In this document: positions 1-11,676 of the stretch, piece after piece
How the letters are laid out: each line of letters begins with the position of its first letter
How positions within the stretch are numbered: position 1 is the stretch's first letter
Assembly: GCA_010093605.1 (NCBI GenBank)
Contig: MU004198.1
Coordinates: forward strand, 560,726 to 624,725
Length of the DNA stretch: 64,000 nt
DNA from: Lophium mytilinum
Taxonomy: Eukaryota
Direction: 5' to 3'
Position numbers and translations under genes: made by a program
The notes under the pieces: model-generated
Databases searched by the model: none
What the model was told of the DNA's origin: nothing
Seen by the model: only the letters and a program-made list of their open reading frames with translations

Positions 1-148
1 TGCAAGGGCGGTGAAGGAGGGGGGGAAGCAGGTGGGCGAGACGATCGCGATGGGGAAGGAGAAGGCGTTATATTTGACGGATCCGTGGGGGAATGTGGTG
101 GAGGTGCTGAGTTGTAGTTTTGAGCATTTGATGGCGAATGTTGGGTAA
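1..148 (+). CDS. 3' end of glyoxalase/bleomycin-resistance (VOC) family protein, 5' part outside the window
   Basis: Frame from base 2 reads ARAVKEGGKQVGETIAMGKEKALYLTDPWGNVVEVLSCSFEHLMANVG*. The Y-x-x-DPWGN-x-x-E motif is the typical C-terminal VOC strand. Confidence 0.8.
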   Translation, partial: ARAVKEGGKQVGETIAMGKEKALYLTDPWGNVVEVLSCSFEHLMANVG

Positions 149-373
149 GATGGTTTTGGGCATATGGGGTTGTGTTAGGGGGATATGAGATGAATGAAAG
201 TCGCCACCGTGTATCAACCTTTTTCTTGTATCCGCCGAAGTCTTCTTAATCCATTACTACTATCTACCTATCAGTTTCGGGGTGCGCAGACCTTTCTTGA
301 ACTAGCGTGTTGGATTGCTCGACCACCGCGTTATTACATTACCACCCTTCGGCCAAGAACACGACTCGCCGTA

Positions 374-1921
374 CTACCCGACCACGCCCACGATAATCCC
401 AACCATGACTGCCCATATACCCACTCCGGAAGTACGCACGTGAAATCTAGGCCTTGCTGCATTTGGCGTCGAGGTCGGTTTCGCACTTTCAGTAACTCCC
501 CTCGTCGTCGATGCTACTAAAGTCGCTGCTCCTGTCGAGGACTTCGTTCCAGAGTGCTGAGAGAAAGAGTAAGTCACCAAGGTGCCAATGGTACCGAATG
601 GAGAGAAAGATGTCGTGGTAGTTCCATTTCCAGCAGAAGGATAGGGCGCGAGTGCGGTCGAGAAAGCGTATCCCAACGCCGTGGAACTGGATCCTGTCAC
701 TGCTACCGAAGCAGAATAGGGCAAGCCGGCCGAAGTTGAATAAGGCACCCCGGTAGGCAACACCGTCGCTAAGAAGGTGTATCCAGATTCCCCAAATGGA
801 ATTGATGAGGGTTGTGGTACAGCAGTTTCTCCTGGTGCGAGGGTCGAATGTTGCACTCCCGACGCTGGTGCAACATAGCCGCTAGTACTCCCCGTTGCCT
901 CATTACCAGCAACGGCCACCGACGCTGGTGTTCCCGGGGCGATAGGAGCAGCTGTATTGCCTTGTTGATGATTTGGGATAAGAGCAGCGGTCGATGGCGC
1001 GTTTACGTTCTGAACTGGCGTCGCGGTAGTTGCTACGGGCGCTGGTGCTACGACTGAATCACCACCGCCATTCCCACCTCCACCTCCACCGGCACTTGGA
1101 GATACCACGGGGGCCGGATCGATCTGGACCGGGTTGGCTGGTTCGCTTTGGATCGCGGATGGCGTTGAAGCAGGCGGCGCAGCAGCAGGAGCGCTGGAAG
1201 ATGCAGGGACTAACCAGGGTTCGGTATGCACCGCGATCGGGGCTACAGGAGTGTTGCCAGATGGGTGGTTAATGCCCCCTATGCTTGGTTTTACCCTGGA
1301 GGAAGTGGGTGTGATGGAAGTCGATGCCGGCGCGGGTACAAATGCCGCGCTTTGCACTGCTTCAGGATGCTGAGGGCTTATGTGTGCATGGATAGACCTT
1401 GAGGTTGCTACGACAGCGGAGGAGATGGTTTTAGATGTGGGAAAAGCGAGCAAAGTGATGGTCCCAGAAGCGTTTGTTGCTGTTGCGACGTTAGCACTAC
1501 TGTTAATAGAATAGTAGGGCATAGTCCAAACCTGCAGAAGTTGCATGAGGAACGAAAGCAGTGAGGATCTGTAAAGACAGTGTTGCGACCCTGAAACGGG
1601 CGCTGGACATTAGCATCGTTGCTAATAATTGAAGCCTTTGCAAACGCGAGGAAGAGTTCAAAATGAGCGACTGGTAAGCATAGCCCCAAAGTCTGGGACT
1701 AGCAATCCTTTAGCATTATCAACACCGCAAACATTCAGCTGAACAACCCGCTTCCGCATGAATGCATACAGTATCACGTTCGAATTTCCGATATTTGAGT
1801 ATCCCCATGTCAGCGTAACTTGCTTTTCCCGAAATAAGATAGCCGAGGACGGCGGGTCAGCTATTGTGCTTGGCCCCCACCGGGAACCAACCAGCAACCC
1901 TGGCAAGACTGGCAAGATCAT
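374..1921 (-). CDS. Ser/Thr/Pro/Ala-rich, probably GPI-anchored cell-surface protein; 5' exon structure uncertain
   Basis: ORF 374..1546 is low-complexity S/T/P/A/G-rich. It ends with small residues (PNAA), a spacer and a hydrophobic tail (GVGIWAVMVGIIVGVVG*), like a GPI signal. Upstream ORF pieces (QVTLTWG..., HFELFLAF...) may be N-terminal exons; the start is a guess. Confidence 0.55.
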
Positions 1922-2530
1922 TCGTTGCGTAGGGCCGAGAGGGTGTTGATACCTTGAAATTAATATCAGTGCCGCTCTACTAGTACGGCGATGGTGTCCA
2001 ACGCGTGTTGTTCTGTCGCTCGACGCGTCTGTAGAAATTGCGCCACACGGGACGACGATCTTACTATCGAGAATCCATGTAATTATGTGCAGGTACAAGA
2101 CGCAGGTAAAAAGGTGCTGCGGTAGAGATTCCAGGTTCAGGCGACACGCATCGCAGATCGAGCTCTGAGAAGGTAAGCAGGACTAAGTAAAAAGAGAGGT
2201 TCATTGATTACAAAGGTGCAGCTAACTATCTGGGGCAAAAACGAGAACAAGATAAGAGATATGTTTTTGACTTTCGCTTTCTTTACTACAAGTGTTTTTT
2301 GACTTCTTGGTGAAATATGGATAACGATGAATGACAGCGCTTCAAGGTGCACAGAGGAGAGTGATGATGACAAGCAAAATGGAAGTCTCCACGAATGTTT
2401 ACAAGGATAGTAATGAACCTCGTAAAGAGCAAAAGGTAGAAGGCGGTCATGGGCTAGCGTACTGAGAAAGCGCAATTGGGTCATCCATTTCAAACATCAG
2501 GGAAAAGACGTGGCAGCTCAGGAAGACTCG

Positions 2531-4603
2531 CTAGTCGCATGATGGATGTCGAAACATTCCAGGCGTGCGGTTAGGTTGATGGCGGCTTTGGGCTGCTCTA
2601 GCACTCAGGAACGCAACTCTGGTACAAACGTCAGTGTTACATCTAAGGCAATAGATAGATAAATCATGATACTCACCAACTGTATCATGGCTATAAAGCT
2701 CGCTTTGGTATTTGATTGGCTTGATGTCATAGAAGACAGGGTGCGCCTTAAACTCAGGATAGACGCGGAGGATCTCTCTCCTGACTTGCCTGATCTCCGA
2801 GCAGTCTTCGAGAGCTTTCAGATAATGGTCCACATAGAAAAAAGAATCCTTTGCCCGGCGCTCAGTGACTAATTTGCCGATTCGACTACTACAGACGGGA
2901 CAGATTGCATGCTCTAGGACGCGCACTAGATCTGGGGAAGTGTTCCTAGAGATGCTCCAGACTTTCCAGCTATCTCGCGGTAGATCAGGCATACGGCCTT
3001 CGGGAAGAATGCTCTTCATGTAGCTCGAGAAGGCGATGGCATGCTCGTTGCCTTTAGCTCCGTGTGACTCCATATGCAGGGCAAAAGCCTCATGGTCAAC
3101 CGACTTGGAAGAGCAAACTGGGCAAAGAACGTCGCAAGCCCTTGCATCATAGCCCATTCTTTTGAGGACAGATATTTGCTCGAGACGCTCTTTGCCTGTG
3201 TGTCCCCGGAGATGTTCCTGCATTTCTCCGATGGGAAGCCATTTTTCGCAATTTCCAAAGAGGCATTGGCGTGAAGTGTTCTGTGCATTGAGAAACGCTC
3301 TAGTTCGATTGTCTAGATACTTTGGCATTGTCCTGTCGTGGCGATCCATGTGCACTTTGGCGAGATCAAATGACATGGTGCCCGCTTGACACCCGGATTC
3401 ATAGCACTGCCATCGATCGTCGTCTGTATGTGCTGTCTTTAGGTGGTTGGTCAACTTGTCAAGGCGATAGAAAGCTCCACTTCCCGTTTTGTCACATAGT
3501 TCAACTGGACACGAGAACATTCTTTTACCTGTGTGCTTTTTCATGTGCCTTTGAAGCTCGTACTTGCGTTTGAACGTGCGCCCTGAACCGCAACCGGGAT
3601 GTTCGCATCGGAACGCATTGGCATTCGGAGAAGTTCTGATTTTATTAGCACTGTTGCATGGGTAAGAGGCTGGAGGGGCGATGATACTTTTCTTTGGTCG
3701 GTTTGGTCTGGCTCTCCCCAATGATTATGCCTTGGCTTACGAACTGGAAACCCGTGTCGTCACCGAGAGTGATGTTCCTTCGAGGCAAAATAGACTTGTT
3801 CAAGTGTGGTGTCTCTAAATCATTAGACTCCGGCGTCGCATCTCCGGAAGGACCATCGCCATTATCGCTCAAGCTCTGAGGTGGTGGTGTTGACTCATGA
3901 GACTGAGTAGAGTAGCTGCCGTTCATGATCTGCCCAGAGTTTGGAAAGGGTGGCAATGAGAGTGCTTCATTGGCATCGCCAGACGGCGCACCAAATGCTG
4001 CAAGAAGCGGGTTTAGATACGGATACTGGATATCGAGCCTTTGCTCTACGAAGGGAGTGTTTTGCAAAGATTGGCTGGCTTCGTGAGAGCCATCAGTAAC
4101 ATAGGCAAACCCCTGAAATGGTGGGATGGGAGCACTGAGTGTCATGAGCAAGTTTCCATAGGCGCTCTGGTCATACTCCGGGCGGGACCAAAACGAGGCT
4201 GTGTCGCTGCGACTGCCTAGCCAAGCTCTCAAAGGTGTCGTAGTCGAGTTCGAATCCGCATAAGGAAAGCCGAATGCTTGCTCTACAGTACGAGATACTC
4301 CTAGAGATTGGTCGGTACCATGGCAACATGAAAGGTTGCTAAGATCCCAAGGCTGTGCTTCATATGCCGAGGGGCCTCCTAGTGGAAATTGGAAGCTTGC
4401 GGGATTCTGTTGAGCCTCAGACGGGAAGTTGGGTGCAGCCTCAGGAATCCTTTTTGCCCTTTGTTAGCCCCTGTCTTTTTTTTTAGCGCTTACCCGCTTC
4501 CAGCGGATGCATCGCCCTGGACTTCGCCCTCTCCTCGACCCCCTGCCAGCAGCTGCTCCCAGAAGGCAGGATCTTCCTGGAAGAAGTCGATGAAGTCGCT
4601 CAT
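2531..4603 (-). CDS. C2H2 zinc-finger transcription factor (multi-exon)
   Basis: Tandem fingers CEHPGC...FKRKYELQRHMKKH-TGKRMFS-CPVELC...FYRLDKLTNHLKTAH plus degenerate fingers. ATG at 4603 (MSDFIDFFQEDPAFW, acidic/aromatic). One intron GTAAGC..GCTAAC..AAG near 4450-4493; a second GTATCA..GCTAAT..CAG at about 3636-3687 joins ORFs 3645..4232 and 2531..3721 in frame. A possible last intron (GTGAGT..CTGAC..CAG) would move the stop to 2605. Confidence 0.85.
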
Positions 4604-5306
4604 GATTCGTCGGTCGAGAATGAGGCGCCTGCAGGGCTACGTGGAAGGGCAAAAGCGGTCAAGCTGAGAAGGCTGAGAATGCCAAGAAACCGAGGTGACG
4701 GCGAGTCTGATTGGTGAACGAGGAGAAACGGCGGGAACGATGGGCTCGGGGATCGAGCTGCCTTTGAGTTCTGCAGAAGCGACAGGGCGGTCTGCTAGGC
4801 CTGTCTGCCTTGATCGGTGCTGGCAGGGGGTGCTTTGCCCTTGATGATGTGGTGGCTTGGGTGACTTCAGGTAGCTTTTTGGAGTCGCACAGTCTGCAGA
4901 GGCGATGACGGTGACCGAAATTTCGGATGCGGAGACTATGCTCTCATGAAACTAGGCGTAGTCGAGCTGGAGCCTGAGAAAATGTATGAGTTTTTCGTAA
5001 GACAAGACAAGGCAAGAAATTTACCACGCGTTATCCCCACCAGCCTAGGTACATCAAGTCCACAGCGAGCAGCTAGAATGCTTCGTATAAGGAACACAGC
5101 CCGTTCGTCTTAGCAATACGAGAGCAACGGGACGTTTGCAATGCAAAATGTAATGATATGATATATGCAAGTGTATTCATGTTAACTCACTCACATTACC
5201 TTGGCCGCAATCGGACACCGTCCCACCCAACCAGTCAAACACCTTTCCCCTGCATATTGCAGGTCACAGTACCGCTAAACGCGCGAAGGGTATATGAAGA
5301 GAAAAA

Positions 5307-7554
5307 CTACTCATCGTCATCGAAGCCACCGACCACATCAGCCCACCCCGACGCCCATCGTTGGCCGCCCGTCTCTCCACTCAGCCTCAACTCTCGTGCT
5401 CGAGGTCCTTCCCGCCAGCACCTAGAGGTGAAGTCATCTCCAACACTAACTAAAGAGCCTTCTGTGGTCCATGCCACGTTTGTGACTTCTTTTTCATGCC
5501 CTCGGATGAGAGGTGTGCCATGCTGGTACATCGGGATGGTGTCCCGTGATGATGGAGATCCCGATCCGCTAGAAGCCATCGTCAGACTAGGTGCAGAAGA
5601 CAAGGAACGCGAGCTCGATCTTGTCCGAGGTAGTTCGTCCGCATCCTCGTCTTGATACTGTGGTTCCCGTTGAAGGAATGACTCATCAGTAGGGAAGAGA
5701 ATGGGTGAGCCTTTCGAGCTCCCAACAGCCAACAACTCTGATTGATCCCCAGAAGCTTTGCGCAAGGAAGCCTTGACATAAAATGACCCAGCTTGCAGAT
5801 CAGGGTGCTTAAATCCGTAGATCGGTCCAAGTCCAGCCTTTCCAGTACTCATATACCGCTGCCTCGTTGAATCAGAAGTGTTGAACTCCGGTGCATGTCC
5901 CAGTATCAGATGGCTTGTGGCGTAAGCGTAGATCCTGTGGTCTTTGCTCAACACATAGAATCTAGAGCCATCGGTGTTTAATGTCAAGGAATTAACAGCA
6001 CAACGTCGATGTCGATTGTGCGAGTCGGGTTCCTTTGTTACGGAAATGGGCGTAGGTGGTCCTCGTCGCGAGTACCGGCCCCGTATATCCCACAGCTTGA
6101 CGGTGGTAGACGCATCGGAGGCTGTAAGTAACATGTGTGATCGGCCAGAAGGAAGGAAGGCCAACGCAGTGACGGATACCCTGTCTCGGGAAGGAGGTTC
6201 TTTCTTGCTCGAGTCCCTGAATAGTTGTAAGTACTCTGACAGGAAATCTCAAAGAATCGATGGTACATACCTGAAGCCTTTGGAGCCTGATGTCACGCTC
6301 GCACCAGCAAACATATTATTTGCGTGTGCCCCAGCAATGGTGCGAATGGTGCTTGCAAAGGGAGCACTGTCGTCGTAGGCAGAGGTGTATACATCGGAGG
6401 AACCGCTACACCTCAAATCCCAAATCTGAACTGTCCCATCGCGGCCTGAAGTAGCTATCACCTTGTCGTCACCAGGTTGAAAACAAACTTGTTTCACAGA
6501 CGACGTGTGCTTGGCTAGGACGTGCACACATTGCTGCGTGCGCACGTCCATAATCTGGGCACTTTGATCGCCCGAAGCTGTAGCCAAGAGCAAGTCATCC
6601 GAGGAGAAAGCTAGGTCCATGACTGCGTTGTTGTGCGGACGAACAGAAACATGAGCCCTGGAAAAAGAGGCGTGAGACTCTTCGGTATCCATGAGATGAA
6701 CATAGCCGTCCTCGTCTCCAATTGCTACGAATGGGTTTGCTAAGAATAATGCGTGAGCTTCGTCTTATAGAAAAACAACGTAGTGGACCAGAGCGAGGTG
6801 GAGACTTACTATTGCATGAGGCAGTACAGAAAGGTATCGCGCTATTGGGTATTTGTAGCAGGTCTGTCGGACCAGTGGAGAAGTTGGCAGTTTGATCTTG
6901 CCAGCGAGAACAGCTGTCTTGTAGAGCACCCCGTCCGACACTAGCGGCACCTCCGAATGATCTCTGTAGGATCCGAGCAGTGCTTCCCAGGGCTCTTGAC
7001 CGCCTAACGGGCTGTGGTCGAGGACGTTCAGCTTCTTCAAAGAATAGAGCTTGTGTTTCCAGCTCTACTTCTGTATCCTCTAGGATTGTGAATTGATGCG
7101 AGGCAGTTCGGACGCGTTTCGATGGGCTTGATGGTATAGGTGAGCTCTGTATCGGCGAGCTTTCAGGCGAGAGATACGCCAATTTTCTTTTCCTGCTATC
7201 CATCTGAGGAGTAACTGGATGGTCGTCGGATGGGGTGGGGAGATCGGCAAAGTTCACAGTCTTCCTAGGGGTTCCGTTGTGAACATTGCTCCGGCGATTG
7301 ACAGAGCGGGTAATATCTTGCAGCTGCCGTCCAGATTTGCTGAGCGACGAGAATCGAGAGGACCCATGGACCGAGGATCGCGGAGTGAAGAAGCGGGTGA
7401 ATCGTTTCGGCGTGATCGGGGGTGGTTTCTTGAGCTTCCTGCTCCCTGTACTCGACGGCGGGCCGAGTGGCGATGAAGGAGGCATATTTGATATTGCATC
7501 AGGAAGGTGGTCCTGAGCGTCGTCTGACATTATCATCGGATTCGCGTTCTCCAT
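5307..7554 (-). CDS. cdt2: Cdt2/DTL WD40 substrate receptor of the CRL4 E3 ligase
   Basis: HNNAVMDLAFSSDDLLLATASGDQS, DGTVQIWDLR, SFYVKASL and GHEKEVTNVAW...GDDFTSRCWR match Cdt2-family WD repeats. The N-terminus is disordered with many S/T-P sites. ORFs 6595..7572, 6249..6692 and 5307..6164 are joined by introns. Confidence 0.85.
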
Positions 7555-7646
7555 TGAGGCCGAGGTAATCAATTGGCGTTAGGAAGAGGTATTGTGAGGA
7601 CGAGTGTAGAGGTGGGGATGGGTGGAGAGAAGGCTGGTGGTGCTCA

Positions 7647-7673
7647 ACGCGCTAACACACGAGAAGAGACGCG
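7647..7673. promoter_or_regulatory. Two MCB-like (ACGCG) cores upstream of cdt2
   Basis: ACGCG at 7647-7651 and 7669-7673, about 100 bp upstream of the ATG. cdt2 is an MBF target in fission yeast; function here is inferred. Confidence 0.4.
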
Positions 7674-8474
7674 CAAAGTGGTCGAGCTTTAAGTGCACGG
7701 AGGGCATAAAAAAGGTGGCACGCCAAGCCTCCGAAAGCTCACCTGCAGGCGCGGCGCAACAATGCAGTCCGAAATAAAGCTCGGAAATCTAAAGGTGAAT
7801 GCCCTGTACAGTGGCACATAGAAAGTGAACGATTCGAGAATACCATGTCCCACGGCCTAACACTGCGACGAACATAAAGTGGCATTCCAGCTTGATGGCG
7901 TCTGAGATGGCCCAGGGAGCTATCGGATTTGCCAAAGCCGTTGTTCTCCAAACTTTTGATGCCGTGTTAGAGGATCTCAGGCAGTGCTAAGGAAGCGTGC
8001 ATAGGTCCAAAGCGTAAAGTATAGTCTATCGAACTGTAAAGTAAGTTCACCAATTCGTGAGCTGCCACTTCTGCCCGTCCCGTGCCGTCATTGGCTCAGG
8101 GTGGAATGTGGGAAAACAAAATATAGGGACTTATACTACGTCCTGGGTATATCTAATCTTACGAGACACAAGCTTTCCATGGCAAGACTTAGACTCATAG
8201 TTCAGTACTTTAGCGCTTGCGATGTTATATTATATCTGTGTCAGACAGGTATCATTGAGGTATCATGAAAACTTCAGATTACGGAGACATCGACCGTAGC
8301 CAGCTCGAAACTCAGCGCCAATCTTTACAAAAAAGCCGCTCATTCATACATGCCACTCCAAGACTACAATGTCATCGATCGCTCACGCTAATGCCTCTCT
8401 TACCCCTACATTAATTAGGTCCACCACATATCCCTAGGCAACCACATTTACGCGAGTAAGACTGAGACTGAGAC

Positions 8475-9771
8475 TTATTTGACGACTAGTCTGGCTAAAA
8501 AGCCCCTCATTGCCTCTGCTCCTTCCCTTCCGTCCTCGCCTAAACTTCGCTCTAGGTCTTCCACCATGTGCCTCGCCTTGAAGTTCAGCTCCTCGACGCA
8601 CTTCTTGCTATACTGGAAGCTTCCCGTGCGTTCCATGTAGCTAACGGCGTACTTTTTGACTTCCTCGTCTGTGGTTTTTTGTTTTAGGATGTTGATAAGG
8701 ACGAGGTTGGTGGGATCGGCACGGATGGCATGGATTATGAGGAAGGAGAATTTGCCCTCGGTTAAGTCTTCGCAGAGACCTTTGGCGGAAGAATAGGCAG
8801 AGAGGTTGAGGTGGTCGTCGAGGATTTGGAAGAGGAGGCCGATGGCGTTGACTAGAGGGACGCAGTCACTGCAAAACAGCGTTGTTAGATGGGTTGAGCT
8901 TTTAAGAGGCTGGATTGGGAGTTTGTCAGAACTAACATGTCAATCTTGCTATCCGCCTGCATGAGCTTTATTGCTAGCCTAAATAGCCCCCCTGTTTTGT
9001 TGCCCACCATCTCGAGGTAATCGGCTTCGGAAGGACAAGTCAACGAGTCTCGCCAGTACAGGTCCATGCCTTGCCCACGGTGCAGGTTCAGCAGCTCCTC
9101 GGTAAAGATATCAATCATGGCGGGATTCGAGAGCTTGGATAGCTCGCGTAGGGCGAGGAAGTAGACGTAGTTTGCGCTGTTAATGACTTGAGCTGTGCCA
9201 AAGATTCGGTTGGCCACCGGGACACCGCGGCGGAGGAGGGACGAGTCTTCGACATCGTCGACGCTGGAAAAAGCGCAATTAGCTTCAGTATCTTGCAGAG
9301 TGTATACAGGGGCTACGCTTACAGCAAAGAAGCTGTGTGCAGCATTCCCACCACCTTCGTGATCACCTCCAGGCTTTCCGCTGGCACCTTGAGCCACATG
9401 TTGAAGGCGCCCACGAGCTGTGCCCGCATGTCCTTGCCCGGGTGGCCGTAGAGGTATTCATAAGGCCCCAGAAGTATCTTCTCCTTGTCCTCATCCCACG
9501 GGGCGTGCTTCTGGTGTATGAGTTCATCCCCAATGCCGCGAAGCGGGTCCGGCGGCGGCGGCGTCATGGGGACTGGGTATGGGTGTGTGTGTGAGACTGG
9601 GGACGTGTGCTTCTTGCCCTGGGCTATCCAGTCTATTTCGGAGAGTGGGCGGAGCACGGATTTGGAGGGCAGGCGCGCTACACCGGAAATACTCGAGATG
9701 CTGCTGGTCATGCCGTGTGAGCTAGTTCTCGGAGGGATGGCATTTGGGGAGCTTGGATTCTCCGCAACCAT
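8475..9771 (-). CDS. Geranylgeranyl diphosphate synthase (BTS1/al-3 type), 3 exons
   Basis: [26 protein letters not shown] (first Asp-rich motif), [32 protein letters not shown] and [11 protein letters not shown]. Stop TAA at 8475-8477. Confidence 0.95.
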
Positions 9772-11676
9772 GGCGGAACCAAAGAAGGTGGCTGCTGATA
9801 CCGCCAGCAGCCGTATTTATAGGCGGAGAGGGTGGGGATGGCACTGATACGATGCGTGGGTGCTGCCTGCGGGCATGAAGCCGCGGCGCGATGCTATTCA
9901 CGACTGCGGCGCAAGCTGTGCCAGGCCGCGTGGACTCGACTCAGATGCGACTCGGGATCTGGGGCAGGATTGACGTAAATGGTCAGCCCGATAGACTCGG
10001 ATTGCTGCAAACCTTATAGCTTCGTAGAGGTGGCGGAGGGCGGAGGTGGTGATGATGTGCTGGAGCTGTCCATCCTTCAGCACAGCTACGTAGCGCTCAA
10101 CAATCTGCGACGCCGACTCGCCGCGCTCTTCACATGCTCGACAGCCAGGGTCTTTCCGTCGGACGCGGGGTTATGCACATTGGTTGCGTAAAGCTCCAGG
10201 GATCTAATTCAGGGATTATCCATCTCTTCAAGACGATCCTTTCTGCCTGTGCGTTCTGTTTCTTTTCGTGGCCTTCAGCCTGAAATGGTCACGAGAATGC
10301 TACCTGATCGTTCTCATCTGACTGTCGGAATGGTGGACTCCGATAGCCATAAGTTCGCGCCCATTCTTGGATTGCCGTTTTCCACAAAAAATGCGTCTGC
10401 AATTCTTTACACAGGATGCCCGTTAAATGGGCACACGCTTGTGATGCTAGCGCCGCATATGCCGCTCAAGCCTCTCCAGCCTCGACGAGTTCAAAGGCCG
10501 ACATCAACACCATCGCCAACACTCTCTTCGCCGCCATCAGCACATCTCATCCAAGTAAATCCCCAACCCTTCGCAGGTGCTTGCTTGTTGGGAACAATCG
10601 TTGAGCCTGAAGCCAAGCCCCCATAGCTAGAACCATGAGGGTCTTCCCAGCGAATAGACTGACACAAATGCACCATAGGAACCCATTGCCTACTGCATCA
10701 CAACAACGTGGAAATCCAACCTGATACAGTTCGCCGCATTTTCTATCCCTCCAAGCGAACACACTCTCCGCACTCTACAGATGCTGCAAAGCGTTTGCCT
10801 AGCACCGACTCGGGCGCCTGCTATTCTATCCGTCTCGTCTTCATTTACGGTGACAAGAAGCCACGTGTCCAGCATTACTCCGTGGCCGACTAGTCCATGG
10901 ATGTTAAGCGTCTATCTTGATTGCTTTGCGCCTTTTCATTCTGGGGCCGGTACTCCATGCTCATTAATCCGCAAGTTCTAGAGTCCCATATATTTTACGG
11001 TATCTTACCGCTGCCGTGTCGCCTAACTTCATTCATCCCCTCAAGGACCACATCTCGTTACTTTAGTGGTTCTTTGATCCTCAACTCGTGGTTATGACGA
11101 AAGCTGTTGCGTTGGGCACTTCACTAAGCTTCGAGCACTTACTTCCGACGGCCAATCATACTTCTCAAATCTACCTCACCCCAACGATGAGTCTAGATTC
11201 CAGAGTGGTGAAATATCCTCCGATAATATGATTCATAGAACCATAGCTGTGAGTTGATCGGTAAAAACACACACCCGTATCCATATTTTGACATTCCCTG
11301 TCGTCAAGTCTAATCACCTTTGCGTCCTTCCTGCTTACAATCCGATTTTTTCCATTAATTTTCCGATTCATCTTCTATACGGTAGTAGGAAATCGCCAGC
11401 ACCAAAGTTTCACCACCGCAAGGGGTGCATCGATGCTCGATGTGGCATGAATTTCGCTCTGGTCGCAACATCGATTATTCGTATTCGTTGCAAAAGCAAT
11501 AGGACAGCTTGTAGTAACCCTAGTCCTAACACTACGATCCGACTGCTACTTTGCGGAGCCCGCTCTTGCGTTCTTTCCTGTTCTCTCCCGTTCTTCCTCG
11601 TCCTAAGAACCCCTCTTCAACAACAAATAACTAAAACCAACGCCGCACGTAGGACACATTACATTGGCCGCTAGAC

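Noticed and set aside
4246..4262. tRNA T-loop-like GTTCGAATCC
   Set aside because: Lies within a coding exon and has no cloverleaf or acceptor stem around it.
8475..9771. GGPP synthase as the core of a diterpene cluster
   Set aside because: Neighbours are housekeeping genes with no cyclase, P450 or prenyltransferase; it fits the primary-metabolism enzyme.
10249..10981. Possible small spliced gene upstream of the GGPP synthase
   Set aside because: Short ORFs and a branch/acceptor-like signal exist, but there is no recognisable protein or consistent model.
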